NCBI RefSeq assembly: GCF_018350175.1 | Contig: NC_058383.1 | Coordinates: 7,318,001-7,378,000 of the forward strand | DNA length: 60,000 nt | Reading direction: 5' to 3' | Source of the DNA: Felis catus | Lineage: Eukaryota | Shown here: piece by piece, positions 37,683-50,576 of the stretch | Position numbering within the stretch: the stretch's first letter is position 1 | Layout of the letters: the number at the start of each line of letters is the position of its first letter | Translations under genes and position numbers: made by a program | Notes under the pieces: model-generated | Told to the model about the DNA's origin: nothing | Seen by the model: only the letters and a program-made list of their open reading frames with translations | Database searches by the model: none

Positions 37683-40600
37683 AATAAGCATTAAATTTAA
37701 AAAAAAATATTAAAAGCATAGTTGAAGCTTTCCAAAATGACTAGAGAATGAAGGAAAGAAGTATATTACCAGAAACAAACCCTCCTCTACAAAGAAAGAT
37801 GTGACACACAAATATTTTTGCTGACATTAAAATAACAAGTTATTCACATACTGGAAAATTCAAAAGCAGAAATAAGGCAAATGTGTTAGTAAGGACTTGC
37901 TTTTGGCTGGTGGTAACAGATATTAATTTCATTGGCATAAGCCAAGAAAATTTAATTTTCTCTCAATGAGTATCTGAAAGTAGACAATTGGTAGCTTTGG
38001 TCTTAAGGATGTCAGACCAAGGTCTCTCTTTGCATTTCTCTCATGGTCCCAATAAGGCTACTGGAGCTCCAGTCATCACATTCATTTTTGGGCAACACAA
38101 AGGAGGAAAATCAGGGCATCAAGATAGCTTTAGAAGTACCACCCAACAACTTTTTTTTTATATTTCATTGACTACTCCTGCCTATGATGGAATCTGGACA
38201 TAAAGTCTTCTCCCCTTTCCCTGCTGGGCTCATTACCCAGCTTTGAGTTAGTAGAGAAGAATGGGAGAATATTTCTAAAATGAGACAAAAGCCTTGGAGT
38301 CACCAGATTTTGTTCAGGAACCTGTTGAGAGGGAAACCAACATGGGGCTAACAGGGAAACTGCCCTCGGGAGGCATGTTTCTTGGGGCAAAGCAATGGCT
38401 GTGCAAGAAGCTGTGGTCACAGCCTTTGGGCAAAGCATGAAAGATGCCAACACACTGATAGACAGATATATTTCTCAAGGTTGTGTCATTTACAGAACCC
38501 ACACTTTATACAGCAATTGGATATCAGGACCATGGAACCTAAAAGGGAACAGGAAATTGAGATGTTTCAAACATACATGATGTGGGGAAGATGGGCCCTT
38601 TAAGTAAGATCTGATGAAGTTTTCCCTACTGCACACATCCACAATTTTCAAAAAGAAGGGGATGTCCCACACCCCATTCTCTGGAAGAGGAGGAAGCACA
38701 CAGAGGTGGATTTTTCCTACTGCTATAGTATGCACAGGACACAATCACCCTTAGTGGGGGAAATGTCCCAATAAAATTTAAGTTCATAGGCTGTGGACTT
38801 CAGACAACCACTGTAGACTAAATGGTGATCCTGAAACCAAGAAGCTTTTCTCTTCCTTGCCTATTGACTTGCCTTTGGCTACCTCTGAAGCTCAGCTTGT
38901 TTCTTTGGCAAAACCAGAGACTGGATTATATTGGGCTCTGGGAACATTGTTTCCTGGATTAACTGCTCAGAGGGGTGGGAATTTGCTACCATTTTCTAAC
39001 TTTGGTGGGTATGGGTCTAGTGCTGTGATAGTCTGGGAGTCCTGTTGGCTTTGGAGGCCATTCTTCCTTGTTCTCTTTCTTCCTTCATTCTAAACTCTCA
39101 GGGCCTGTGTATGTGAGACAGTGATCCTGTATAAGTGTGTCTCTTGTGCAGATCTGGGCTGTCCTGCAGGCAGGTTTCCCTAGGTCTAGACTTGGGGAGG
39201 GTGTTTGTAACAGACACCGTTGGTTGTCCATCCATATTCCATTTTTGTATAGCCAAATGTGATACAATATTATCATGTAGAATATTATTATTGGTCTGAG
39301 CCAGTCATGACATCACATTCTACACCTTCTCAATCTTTTTGAGAGTTTCTCAGCTCTGGCTATTAAGATACAAGGAGAGGTCTGATAACAGATACCTGAG
39401 ACAGCTGTCACTCACCAAACAAAAAGGACCAATAAAGCTGGGACTGCCCCTATTTTATTTCCACCTAAGATGTGGATTCAGTGTCTGGAGGTGTGTCAGC
39501 CATCTTGCAATAAGAAAGAAAAGGCCGTTTCAAATTTTGTTTCTTCTCCACTACCCACATACTTCTTTCTGGTGCTGGGTGTCATAGGAAGCACTAGTAT
39601 CATGGTAGGGCCTCTGGCTGTTTCTTTGTGTGGTGATGCTGGGTTGGCACAGGGTGGGGGAGGAGTATTCCTGGAAGCCATTCCTATACTGAGACAACTA
39701 ACTACAACTTAGCTATACACAAGAATGTCTGGAAGCCACATCACATCAAAACTAAATGTTCCTCAACTCCAATTTCTCTTAACAGGCTTAAAAAAAAATG
39801 CCCGTGACCACTCTCACATCACCTGACATAGAGGAAGTTGTAATAGAAAGATACATGACCTTAACAGATTGAGGTTAAAATATTTTACTACTATAAAGTT
39901 TACAGAACCACATGACACTGCTAGTGCCCCTCCCATGGCGTTGGTAGAGATCCAAGCTAGTTAGAGTCTGAACTTTTTTTTTTTTTTTTTAACTAGGCTC
40001 CATGCTCAATGTTCAGCTTGAACTCAGGACCCTGGGATCAAGAGTTGTATGCTCTACTGACTGAGCCAGCCAGACACCCCTACAATCTGAACTTTGAGCC
40101 TCATTGGCTTCTTGGCAAATATGCCTCAGGTTATGGCAACAGCAATGCCAACTCTGCCCCCTGCTGACTGCAATATGAAATACCATAATTTATATGACAT
40201 CTCAATTTCAGAGATATTCAAATGTGAAAAAAATGCACATCTTGGAATTGATGAAATATGATATTTACAATATGTATAAAAGATAAAGGACTAATACCCA
40301 GAATATAGGAAGAATGACCACAGTCAAAATGAAGACAATAAATAGTACAGTGGGAAAATGGGGAAAATACATGAACAGGCATATTACAAAAGGGGAACTG
40401 TAAAAGAAAATAAACATCAGAAAAAGATGCTCAACTACACTGGTTATATGAGCTAGGAATGGTTACAGAAAAGCCAAAGCACAGTGGCTTAAGAATGATG
40501 GTCTTATTTTTCTCACAAAATGAGATGTCCAGGAATAGGGCATGAAAGGCTGGTTAGTGGCTCCAACAATGTCATCAAGGATCCAGCCTCCATATGCTGT

Positions 40601-42783
40601 CCTTATTATGTTGACTTGCTGTTCCATGGTGCAAGATGGCTGTATATCCAGTGCTTATGTCCATGTGTCAGCAAATAAAATGGGAAATAGCAAACTGTGC
40701 TTGGATTTTCCCCTTTAAATTAGGAAAGAAAACATTTTCCAAAAGCCCCACCCAGAAGACTCTGGCTTTATATTTCACTGTCAAGTGTCAGTTGACCACC
40801 AGAGCTAGGAGAATGACATTATCATGATTGGTTGAGACCAATTACAATTCAGCCTGGAGGGCTTAGGCTTGGGTAAGGATTCATCTTCCCTGAAATTCAG
40901 GGATTTCTGAAGTAGCATGCTAGTAAACCAACTCTCCAGAAAGACAAAAAAGTCCTGGTTTAGAGGTTCTGTTTTTAGAGAAAGGTGTTTAACAGATAAT
41001 TGACAGTCCTTTGCTACACTCAATATTACCTCTTCAGTGTCCACTTCAGATGTGACCAAGGTGGATAATGGATAAGGAGGAACTTTCCAGATGATGAAGC
41101 CAAGGACCATGGAAACCAATGTGTGGGGAGCCCTTCCCAGGGAGTAGAATGATTATATGCTGAATGCTTAGCTCTTCTCCTCCCTTCCCAAACCTCACCC
41201 CCAGCCTTCTTCCCAGACTCCCCTCCTAGAAGACTGACAGCTAAGCACAGGCTACCAACGTCAAAGCAGAATCCTGGAAAATTTCTCTGAGGAATCTGAC
41301 CTGAGAGGAAAGACCTAATGGTACTAACATACAGGTTCTCCAATCACCCTACATTGAAAAGCCACCACCCATAAAGCTTTCCATTTGTTTATTGCTAGTA
41401 TATAGAAATACAGTTGATTTTTATATTTTGGTTTTATATCATTTAACTGTCCTAAATTCACCTTTTGATTTACTATTTTCTTCTTAAGGTTTTCTTCTTA
41501 AATGACATCCCCCTGCCCCTGCCCATGTAAGTGACATATCAATGATATTGATTCTCTATTCCATTAACATGGTATATCTCTTAATTTATTTAGGTCTTCT
41601 TTGATTTATTTCATCAGTGTTTTGTGATGAACAGATCTTGCACATATTTTATTACATTTATACCTAAGTATTTTTCTCTTTTTTGGGTGGTGCTATTGGA
41701 AATGGTATTTTTAAATTTTTTGATTCCAATTGTTCATCTATAGAAATATAATTGATTTGGTTTTTCAAAAAATTTTTTTAATGTTTATTCATTTTTGAGA
41801 GACAGAGCACAAGCGGGGGAGAGGCACAGACAGAAAGGGAGACACAGAATCTGAAGCAAGCTCTAGGCTCTGAGCTGTCAGCACAGAGCCCTACATGGGG
41901 CCTGAACTCACAGACCAATGGGATTATGACCTGAGCCGAAGTTGGACGCTTAACCAACTGAGTCACCAGCCTCCCAAAAAAAAACTTTTTAGACAGAGAC
42001 TTCCTTTCCAATCTGCATACCATTTTCTCCCACTGCCTTATTGCACTGGCTCAGATTTCCAGTACAACGTTAAAGAGGAGTGCTGGAAGTAGATATCCAT
42101 GCCATATTCCTGATCTTTCTGAAAAGCATTCAGTCTTTAACCATTACGTATGATTAAGTAGATTCCCTTTCTCAGGTTAAGTAAATTCTCTTTTATTCCT
42201 GCTTTGCTAAGACTTTTAATCATGAATAGATGTTGAATTTCATCAAATACTTTTTCTGCATCTATTGAGATGGTCATGTATTTTTCCCTTAGGCCATTAA
42301 CATGGTGAATTATATTTAGTGATGTTTGAATATTGAGTCAGCTTCGTACACTTGGGATAATTATATTTAGTGATGTTTGAATATTGAGTCAGCTTCGTAC
42401 ACTTGGGATAAAATCCACTTGACAATGATGGTTCTCCTAGGAAGGTTTTTTTTAACTGCAAATTCAATTTCTATAATTGATATGAGGCTATTCAGGTTAT
42501 ATATTTCTTTCTGAGTCATCTTTTGTTGTTTGTATCTTTTAAGGAATTTGACAAACTTTTAAGGAGTTTGTCACCATCAAAGTTATCAAATTTACTTGCT
42601 TAAATATATTCATCTATTTAGTATCTGCAGAATATTTACTGACATACCTCTTGCATTCCTAATATTGAAAATTTTTGTCTTTACTCTTTTTTCCTGATTA
42701 GTTGCACTTCAGGCTTAAGTTTTATTGATGTTCTCATAGAACCAGCTTTCAATTTTTTCTTCTTTTCTTCTGAGAAAGAAATT

Positions 42784-42837
<54 letters not shown>

Positions 42838-43574
42838 CAGGCTAAGGGCAGAGAGAGAGGGAGAGAGAGAATTCCAAGAAGGCTCCTTGCTGTCAGCCCA
42901 GAGCCCAACGTGCGCATGATCCCATGAACCGTGAGATCATGACCTGAGCCAAAATCAAGAGTTGGACACTTAACCAATTGAGCCAACCAGGTGCCCCTCA
43001 ATTTATTTTCTATATTGTCTTTCTGTTTTCTATTTTATTCATTTCTGCTTTGATATATATATTTTTCTGCTTACATAGGACTTAATTGGTTCTTCTTTAT
43101 CAGTTTCTCAGAACTCAGGTGGATACTGAGTTCATTGATTTGGTATATTTTTTTTCTTTCTTTTTTCAAATTTTTATTTAAATTCTAGTTAGTTAACATG
43201 TAGTGTAATATTGTTTTCAGGAGTAGAAGAGTAGAATTTAGTGATTGATCACTTACATATAACACCCAGTGTTTAACACAAGTGCCTTCCTTAACATCCA
43301 CAATCCATTTAGCCCAATCCCCCACCCACCTCCCTTCATCAACCCTCAGTTTGTTCTCTATCTTTAAGAGTCTCTTATGGTTCATTTCCCCCTCTTTCTT
43401 TTTTCCCCCCTTCCCATGTGTTCATCTGTTTTGTTTCTTAAATTCAACATGAGTGAAATCGTATATTTATCTTTCTCTGCCTGAATTATTTCATTTTAGC
43501 ATAACACACTCTAGCTCCATCTGCATCATTGCAAATGGAAGATTTCATTCCTTTTGATGGCTGAGTAACATTCC

Positions 43575-43629
<55 letters not shown>

Positions 43630-43630
43630 T

Positions 43631-43667
<37 letters not shown>

Positions 43668-46600
43668 ATCTTTATCCATTCATTGGTCAGTGGACATTTG
43701 GCTCTCTTCATAGTTTGGCTATCATTGATAATGCTGCTATAAACATTAGGGTGATGTAACCCATCGAATCTGTATTTTTGTATCCTTAGGGTAAATATCT
43801 AGTAGTGCAATTGCTGAATTGTAGGGTAGTTCTCTTTTTAGTTTTTTGAGGAACCTCCATACTGTTTTCCAGAGTGGCTGCACCAGTTTGCATCCCTACC
43901 AACAGTGCAAGAGCGTTCCCCTTTCTCTGCATCCTTGCCAACACTTGTTTCTTGTGTTGTTAATTTTAGCCATTCTGACAGGTATGAGGTGGTATCTCAT
44001 CATGGTTTTGATTTGTGTTTCCCTGATGATGAGTGGCGTTGAGCATCTTTTCATGTATCTGTCAGCCATCTGGATTTCTTCTTTGGAAAAATGTCTATTC
44101 ATGTCTTCTGCCCAGTTCTTAACTAGATTATTTGTTTTTTTGGGGGTGTTGTTTGATAAATCCTTTATAGATTTTGTATACTAATCCTTTATCAGATATG
44201 TCATTTGCAAATATCTTTTCTCATTCTGTAGGCTGCCTTTTAGTTTTGTTGATTGTTTCCTTCATTGTGCAGAAGATTTTATCTTGATGACGTCACAAAT
44301 TTTGCTTTTGTTTCCCTTACCTCCGGCAATGTGTCTAGTAAGAAGTTGCTATGGCCCATGTCAAAGAGGTGGCTGCTTGTGTTCTCTAGGATTTTGATAG
44401 TTTCCTGTCTCACATGTAGGTCTTTCATCCACTTTGAATTTATTTTGGGGTATGGTATAAGAAAGTGGTCCAGTTTCATTCTTTTGCATGTTGCTGTCCA
44501 GTTTTCCCAACACCATTTGTTGAAGAGACTTTCTTTTTTCTGTTGGATATCCTTTCCTACTTTGTCAAAGATTAGTTGACCATATAGTTGTAGGTCCATT
44601 CTGGGTTTTCTATTTTGTTCTATTGATCCCTGTGTCTGTTTTTGTGCTAGTAGTCTTGATGACTTGCTTTGTAGTCCAGAATCATGATGCCTCCAGCTTT
44701 GCTTTTCTTTTTCAGGATTGCTTTGACTATTCGGGATCTTTTGTGGTTCCATAAAAATTTTAGGATTGTTTATTCTAGCTCTGTGAAAAATGCTGGCAGT
44801 ATTTTGATTGGGTTGAATTAAATGTGTAGATTGCTTTGGGTAGTATAGACATTTCAACAATGTTTGTTCTTCCAATCCATGAGCACGGAATGTTTTTCCA
44901 TTTTTTTGTGTCTTCTTCAATTTCTTTCATAAGTGTTCTATAGTTTTCAGAGTACAGATATTTTTACCTCTTTGGTTAGGTTTATTCCTTTTTACCTTAT
45001 GGTTTTTGGTGCAGTTGTAAATGAGACTGATTCCTTGATTTCTTTTTCTGCTGCTTCATTATCAGTAAACAGAAATGCAACAGATTTTTGTACATTGATT
45101 TTATATCCTGAAACATTGCTTAATTTGTATATTAGTTCTAGCAATATTTTGGTGGAGTCTTTTAAGTTTTCTACATAGAGTATCATGTTGTCTGCAAATA
45201 GCAAAAGTTTGATTTCTTCCTTGCTGATCTGGATGCCTTTTATTTCTTTTTGTTGTCTGATTGCAGAGTCAAAGCTCTCAGTTTTTCCCCATTGAGGATA
45301 ATATTAGCTGTGGGTCTTTCGTATATGGCCTTTATGATGTTGAGGTATGTATATCTATCCCTACTTTCTGGAGGGTTTTTATCAAGAATGGTTGCTGTAT
45401 TTTGTCCAATGCTTTTTCTGCATCTATTGAGAGGATCATATGGTTCTTATCCTTCTTTTTTATTTATTTTTTTTCAAATTTTATTTAAATCCAAGCTAGT
45501 TAACATATATATCTTTCCTTTTATTAATGTTGTGTATCACATTGATTGACTTGCGAATATTGAACCACCCCTGCAGCCCAGGAATAAATTCCCACTTGAT
45601 CATGGTGAATAATTCTTTTAATGTACTCTTGATTTGATTTGCTAGTTTCTTGTTGAGGATTTTTGCATCTAGGTCATCAGGGATATTGACCTTTCAGTAA
45701 TTTTCCTTTTAGTAGGGTCTTTGTCTGGTTTTGGAATCAAGGTAATGCTGGCTTCATAAAATGAGTTTGGAAGTTTTCCTTCCATTTCTATTTTTGGAAC
45801 AGTTTGAGAAGTATTAATTCTTCTTTAAATGTCTGGTAGAATTCCCTTGGGAAGCCATCTGGCCTTGGACTTTTGTTTGTTGGGAGTTTTTTTTTTTTAA
45901 TGTTTATTCATTTTTGAGAGCGGGGAGGAGCAGAGACAGAGGGAGACAGAGGATTCAAAGCAGGCTCTGTGCTGACAGCAGACAGCCTGAGGCAGGGCTC
46001 CAACTCAAAAATCCTGAGATCAGGACCTCAGCTGGAGTTAGACGCTCAATCGTCTGAGCCACAGGCACCCCTGTTGGGAGATTTTTGATTACTAATTCAA
46101 TTTCTTTGCTGGTTATGGCTCTGTTCAGATGATCTAGTTCTTCCTGTTTCAGTTTTGGTAGTTTGTATATTTCTAAGAATTTGTCTGAGATCTTACTTCT
46201 TTTCTGACAAAGGCATTTAGTGCTATAAATTTCCCTGTGAGTATCCTACAAAAATTAATAGGTCTGTTTTCATTTTCCATTTGTTCAAAATACTTTACAA
46301 TTTCCTTTAAGATTTTCCTTTGACCCATGAACTATTTAGATGTTGCCTAGTCTCCAAATATTTGGGAGTTTTCTCAAAATCTTTCCATTATTGATTTCTA
46401 ATGTATTTTCAATGTGATCTGAGAACACAATTTTAAGCACTTGAAAAGCATGTGTATTCTTCTGTGTTGTGTGGAGTGTTCTATAAATGACATAATTGGG
46501 TCAAGTCAGTTGGTACTGTTGTTCACATCTTCTGTATGTTAAACTATTTTCTGTCAATTTATACTGTCAATTATAGATGAAGGGATATTGAAATCTCTAA

Positions 46601-48400
46601 TTGTGAATTTGTCATTTTTTATTTGAAGTCCTGTAAGTTTTTGCTCCATATATTTTGAAACTCTGTTATTAGATGCATAAACAGGTCTGTTATGTCCTCT
46701 TGACGGATTGCTGAATCGATCCTTTTAACGTTATGAAATATTTCCCTTTATAGCTTCAATTCCAGTCCAACACCTCAGGGTCTATTCCAGTCTTCCCTTT
46801 CCGTATTTGTAAGTCCTTCAATAATGGAAACTAGTTTCTCATCATCCTGAATGCATTTACTTACTTGCCTGATTTCCCTGTATGAAACCAATTTCCCAAC
46901 ATTTCCCTGCTCTTGTCCAGCTGCCACCTTTCTTGACTGCCTTCCTCCATAATTCCCAAGGGCTTATCACTCTATATTGGTATCAGGAAATGCCATCTCT
47001 TGAAGTAATCTTTTCCTCTGCTAGGATCATATCCCTAAGATACATACTCTATCTTGAGATAGCACTTTTCTACTAAATTCTCATTTCCTGTTCTCTGATA
47101 AAGAACTCAAAGCAAGAAAATATGTTCAAGAAAAGATTCTCAGTTTCACCAGAACTAGTCAGAGCAACAACAAAAATAAACTTATCTCAGGCTAAATGGC
47201 AAAAAGTTTGAACTAACGCCCAGAAAACGGAGCTATAGAAGCAACTCAGTTTGAAGACAACTGCTATTTAGCTTAACATAAATGATTTGTCCTTTGTACA
47301 TACATAGATTTCTATCTTTAAGGTTTCTTTTATTTTTTCCCTTAAATTTTTTAAATGTTTTCTTTTGTTAAAATTTTTTAATGTTTACTTATTTTTGAGA
47401 GAGAGAGACAGAACAACAGCAGGGAGGGGCAGAGAGAGAAAGAGAAAGGGAGAGACATAGAATCCGAAGCAGGCTCCAGGCTCTGAGCTGTCAGCACAGA
47501 GCCCAATGTGGGGTTTGAACTCACAAACCATGAGATCATGACCTGAGCTGAGTTGGACGCTTAACCAACTGAGCTACCCAGGCACCCCTATTCCTGATAG
47601 AGCTTCTTTTTGAATAGTTCAACTTTTTTTTTTTTCTTAGTGGAACCAAGGGGAAAAGGAAACTCTTACATATATGCAGAGGTAGAGAGGGACAGCAGGG
47701 CATCCTTAGAGACAGGTATGGGGGCTATCTCAATTTTAAGATCTAGAAAGGAGCCAGGTGGGCTGGAGCAGAAATATAGCACCTTGGGGGAAAGAAAGCA
47801 TGGAGAGCTCAGGTTTCCTTCTTCCCCTCAGTTTTTCAGGCTAGTGTTTTGGACTCCCTTACAGTTACCCCTACCTGCTATAATTTGCTCATTCTTTTTC
47901 TAAGAGCTTGTCCCTCTTGGACACTTCTTTTTTTTTTTTTTTTAAATTTTTTTTTTTCAACGTTTATTTATTTTTCAGACAGAGAGAGACAGAGCATGAA
48001 CAGGGGAGGGGCAGAGAGAGGGAGACACAGAATCGGAAACAGGCTCCAGGCTCTGAGCCATCAGCCCAGAGCCTGACGCGGGGCTTGAACTCACAGACCG
48101 CGAGATCGTGACCTGGCTGAAGTCGGACGCTTAACCGACTGCGCCACCCAGGCGCCCCCCTCTTGGACACTTCTGTTTCTGGATTAGAAACAGGAAAATG
48201 GAATGATGAAATGGAGAGCCTCCTTCAGCCTCCTTCTCCTGGATGGAAGCAATTGGTTCAAGCTCTATGGATAGAGAGAGACAAGTGGAAAGAAATATAC
48301 TTACACAAATTGCAATGACTGATCCCACAATCACAATCATGTGCCACCTGAACGGTCTGATGAATAGGTCTGTGGAAGCCTGGAGTTGTTTACTAGACAT
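24993..48400 (-). CDS. NXPE family member (NXPE3-like, probably equivalent to rodent Nxpe5), 546 aa, join(48305-48400, 33228-33952, 27813-27886, 27495-27707, 24993-25525)
   Basis: Exon lengths 96+725+74+213+533 = 1641 nt = 546 aa + stop; all junctions GT-AG with matching phases (0,2,1,1). Motifs: signal anchor, [47 protein letters not shown]. Confidence 0.9.
27495..27707 (-). CDS. NXPE-like exon with the catalytic GDS motif
   Basis: Acceptor tgtttacag, donor T|GTGAGT; within ORF 27481..27717 ([15 protein letters not shown]...[22 protein letters not shown]); Ser codon 27538-27540. Confidence 0.93.
27813..27886 (-). CDS. NXPE-like 74-nt exon ([24 protein letters not shown])
   Basis: Acceptor tttctcttcag, donor G|GTAAGT; converts phase 2 to phase 1 exactly as the flanking exons require. 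Not in the ORF track. Confidence 0.88.
28370..28885 (-). mobile_element. Third solo LTR of the same family, reverse orientation
   Basis: Reverse complement reads tgatgctttgatgccttggggcc..cccctcccagggttagctagctcttagaga. Confidence 0.55.
32098..32320 (+). mobile_element. Young feline-type CanSINE
   Basis: ggggcgcctgggtgg head, (CT)n, A-tail, target-site duplication aaaaaatgcctccc. Confidence 0.92.
33228..33952 (-). CDS. NXPE-like large exon: stem, Ig/filamin-like neurexophilin region
   Basis: Acceptor ttctttctctgtccacag before 33952, donor TG|GTAAG after 33228; matches ORF 33224..33949 ([52 protein letters not shown]). Confidence 0.93.
41380..43140 (-). mobile_element. Old L1M-type LINE fragments with SINE insertions
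   Basis: T-rich degraded antisense L1 ORF2 sequence (e.g. tctgcatctattgagatggtcat); similar sequence continues at about 46190-46750. Boundaries approximate. Confidence 0.7.
42308..42409 (+). repeat. Perfect 51-bp tandem duplication
   Basis: aattatatttagtgatgtttgaatattgagtcagcttcgtacacttgggat occurs twice in tandem. Confidence 0.95.
43150..46190 (-). mobile_element. Degraded 5'-truncated carnivore LINE-1 in the NXPE intron
   Basis: ORF fragments [16 protein letters not shown] (RT), [38 protein letters not shown]1 3' end near 43150-43200; interrupted by a SINE (about 45887-46071) and a microsatellite. Confidence 0.93.
43577..43665. repeat. Compound (TA)n/(CA)n microsatellite
   Basis: Long TA run followed by a CA run, directly visible. 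Confidence 0.95.
47926..48159 (-). mobile_element. Young feline-type CanSINE near the first NXPE coding exon
   Basis: Target-site duplication ctcttggacacttct on both sides; CpGs largely intact. Confidence 0.92.
48305..48400 (-). CDS. NXPE-like first coding exon: cytoplasmic tail and most of the signal anchor ([32 protein letters not shown])
   Basis: ATG at 48400; acceptor ttttatctatttag before 48419 implies an upstream non-coding exon; phase-0 donor TGT|GTAAGT after 48305 joins ILYIRV of the next exon to complete the hydrophobic helix [16 protein letters not shown]. Confidence 0.8.
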
Positions 48401-50576
48401 CTGGTGTGTGATCAAGACCCTAAATAGATAAAAGTGTCAAATCAGAAGCAGTGTCATTATAAACATGGTGCAATATGAGTTTTCTACTGTCTCCCCCATA
48501 AAGAAGATGGATAATGACAATCACCATGGATGAGATGACTTTTGTAGAAGTTCAAGTGTCCAGTGGAGAAGTTTCAACACACCCTTGGAGCAATTATGAT
48601 CCAGTAATTCTATTCATGTACACAAAAAACTTATATGAGAATGTTTTATTCATAGTATACCCAAATTGAAAAAGAAAACACAAATATCCACCAATGGAAG
48701 AATAGATAAGCAAGTTTTGGTATGTTCATACAATTGAATAACAACTAGCAATAAAAAGAAAACAACTACAAATAAATGCAATAACATGAATGACTTTCAA
48801 AAAATATCAGGTTGAGTGAAAAAAGCAAAACCCAAAAGGTATATATTACATGATTCTTTTAATAAAAAGTTCTAGAAGAGGCAAACTAATCTATGGTGAT
48901 AGAACTCAGAATAACAGTTGGCTCTGATAGAAGGAATTGACTAAAAGGGGGCATGAAGGAACCTTATGGGGTTCTGGAAATGTCCTTTATCTTGAATTGG
49001 GTGATGTTTTTTATATATTATATACATTTGTCCAAATTAGTTATAGACAGATCTGTGCATTTGACTATATGAAAACTGTATCTCAATAAAGAGAAGAAAA
49101 GATAAGCATGTATACTTATATAATTCATAACTAAATTTTACACACTATCAGCATGGTGGAGATGGTGCATGGGGTAAGATTAAGGGATATGAGAGTACAC
49201 TAAGTATTTGTATCATTCAAGGGGGAATATACAGATGATGGTATACTTCTTTTTGATACTATTATGAATGAAACTGTTTGTATTTTTTTAAGTTTATTTA
49301 TTTTGAGAGAGACAGAGAGATACAGAGACGGGGGGGGGGGGGGGGGAGAGACCCAAGCAGGCTCCACATTGTCAGTGCAAAGCTCAGTGCAGGGCTTGAA
49401 CTCAGGAACTGTGACAACATGACCTGACCAAAATCAAGAGTCAGATGCTTAACCAACTGAGCCACTTAGGTACCCCAAATGAATTTTTTTTTTATTTTTG
49501 GATTGTTCACTCATAGTGTTTAGGAATATAATTTTCTTTTGGCATATTAATCCTCGCAACCTTGCTGAACTTGTTTGTTAGCTCTAAAAGTTTTCAGCGC
49601 ATTCCGTAGAATTTTATTTATACAAGATCATGTCATCTGGAAAATAGAGGGAATTTCACTTCTTCCTTTCAAATCTATATGCTTTTTTTTAAACACTTTT
49701 TTAATGTTTTTATTTATTTTTGAGACAGAGAGAGACAGAGCATGAGCAGGGGAGGGGCAGAGAGAGAAGGAGACACAGAATCCAAAGCAGGCTCCAGGCT
49801 CTGAGCAGTCAGCACAGAGCCCAACGCGGGGCTCGAACTCACAGACTGTGAGATCATGACCTGAGCTGAAGTCAGATGCTTAACCCACTGAGCCACCCAG
49901 GTGCCCCCAAATCTATATGCTTTTTATTTCATTTTCATACTTGGTTTCTCTACCTCTGGTACAATATTAAAATCAATAAGGGGTAAGTAAAATAAGAAAT
50001 CAATAGAGGTGGGGTGCCTGGGTGGCTCAGTTGCTTAAGTGTGGGGCTTTGGCTCAGGTCATGATCTTGCAGTTCATGAGTTCAAGCCCCACGTTGGGCT
50101 CTGTGCTGACAGCTCAGAGTCTGGAGCCTGTTTCAGATTCTGTGTCTCTCTCTCTCTCTGTGTCCCTACCCCACTCATATCTTGTCTCTCTCTGTCAAAA
50201 ATAAATAAAAACATTAAAAATTTAAAAAATAAAAAAAGTAATCAATAGAGGTAAGTAAACATAAGCACAAGTAACAAATATAAGACTAAAAATAGAATGT
50301 ACAATGTTTAAACCATCAGGAAAAATATTTGATTCATCCATTGAAAAGCAGGGAAGGACAGCGGCACCTGGGTGGCTCAGTCAGTTTAGCGGCTGACTTC
50401 AGTTCATGTCACAATCTTGTGGTTTGTGAATTTGAGCCCCGCATAGGGCTCTGTGCTGACAGTTCAGAGCCTGGAACCTGCTTTGGATTCTGTGTCCCCC
50501 TCTCTCTCTGCCCCTCCCCACTCGTGCTCTCTCTCTTTCTCTCAAAAATAAATATTTTTTTAAAAGGCTATTTCTT

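Noticed and set aside
39470..39712. Plus-strand ORF with a hydrophobic stretch
   Set aside because: No recognisable homology or exon context; antisense within the NXPE intron.
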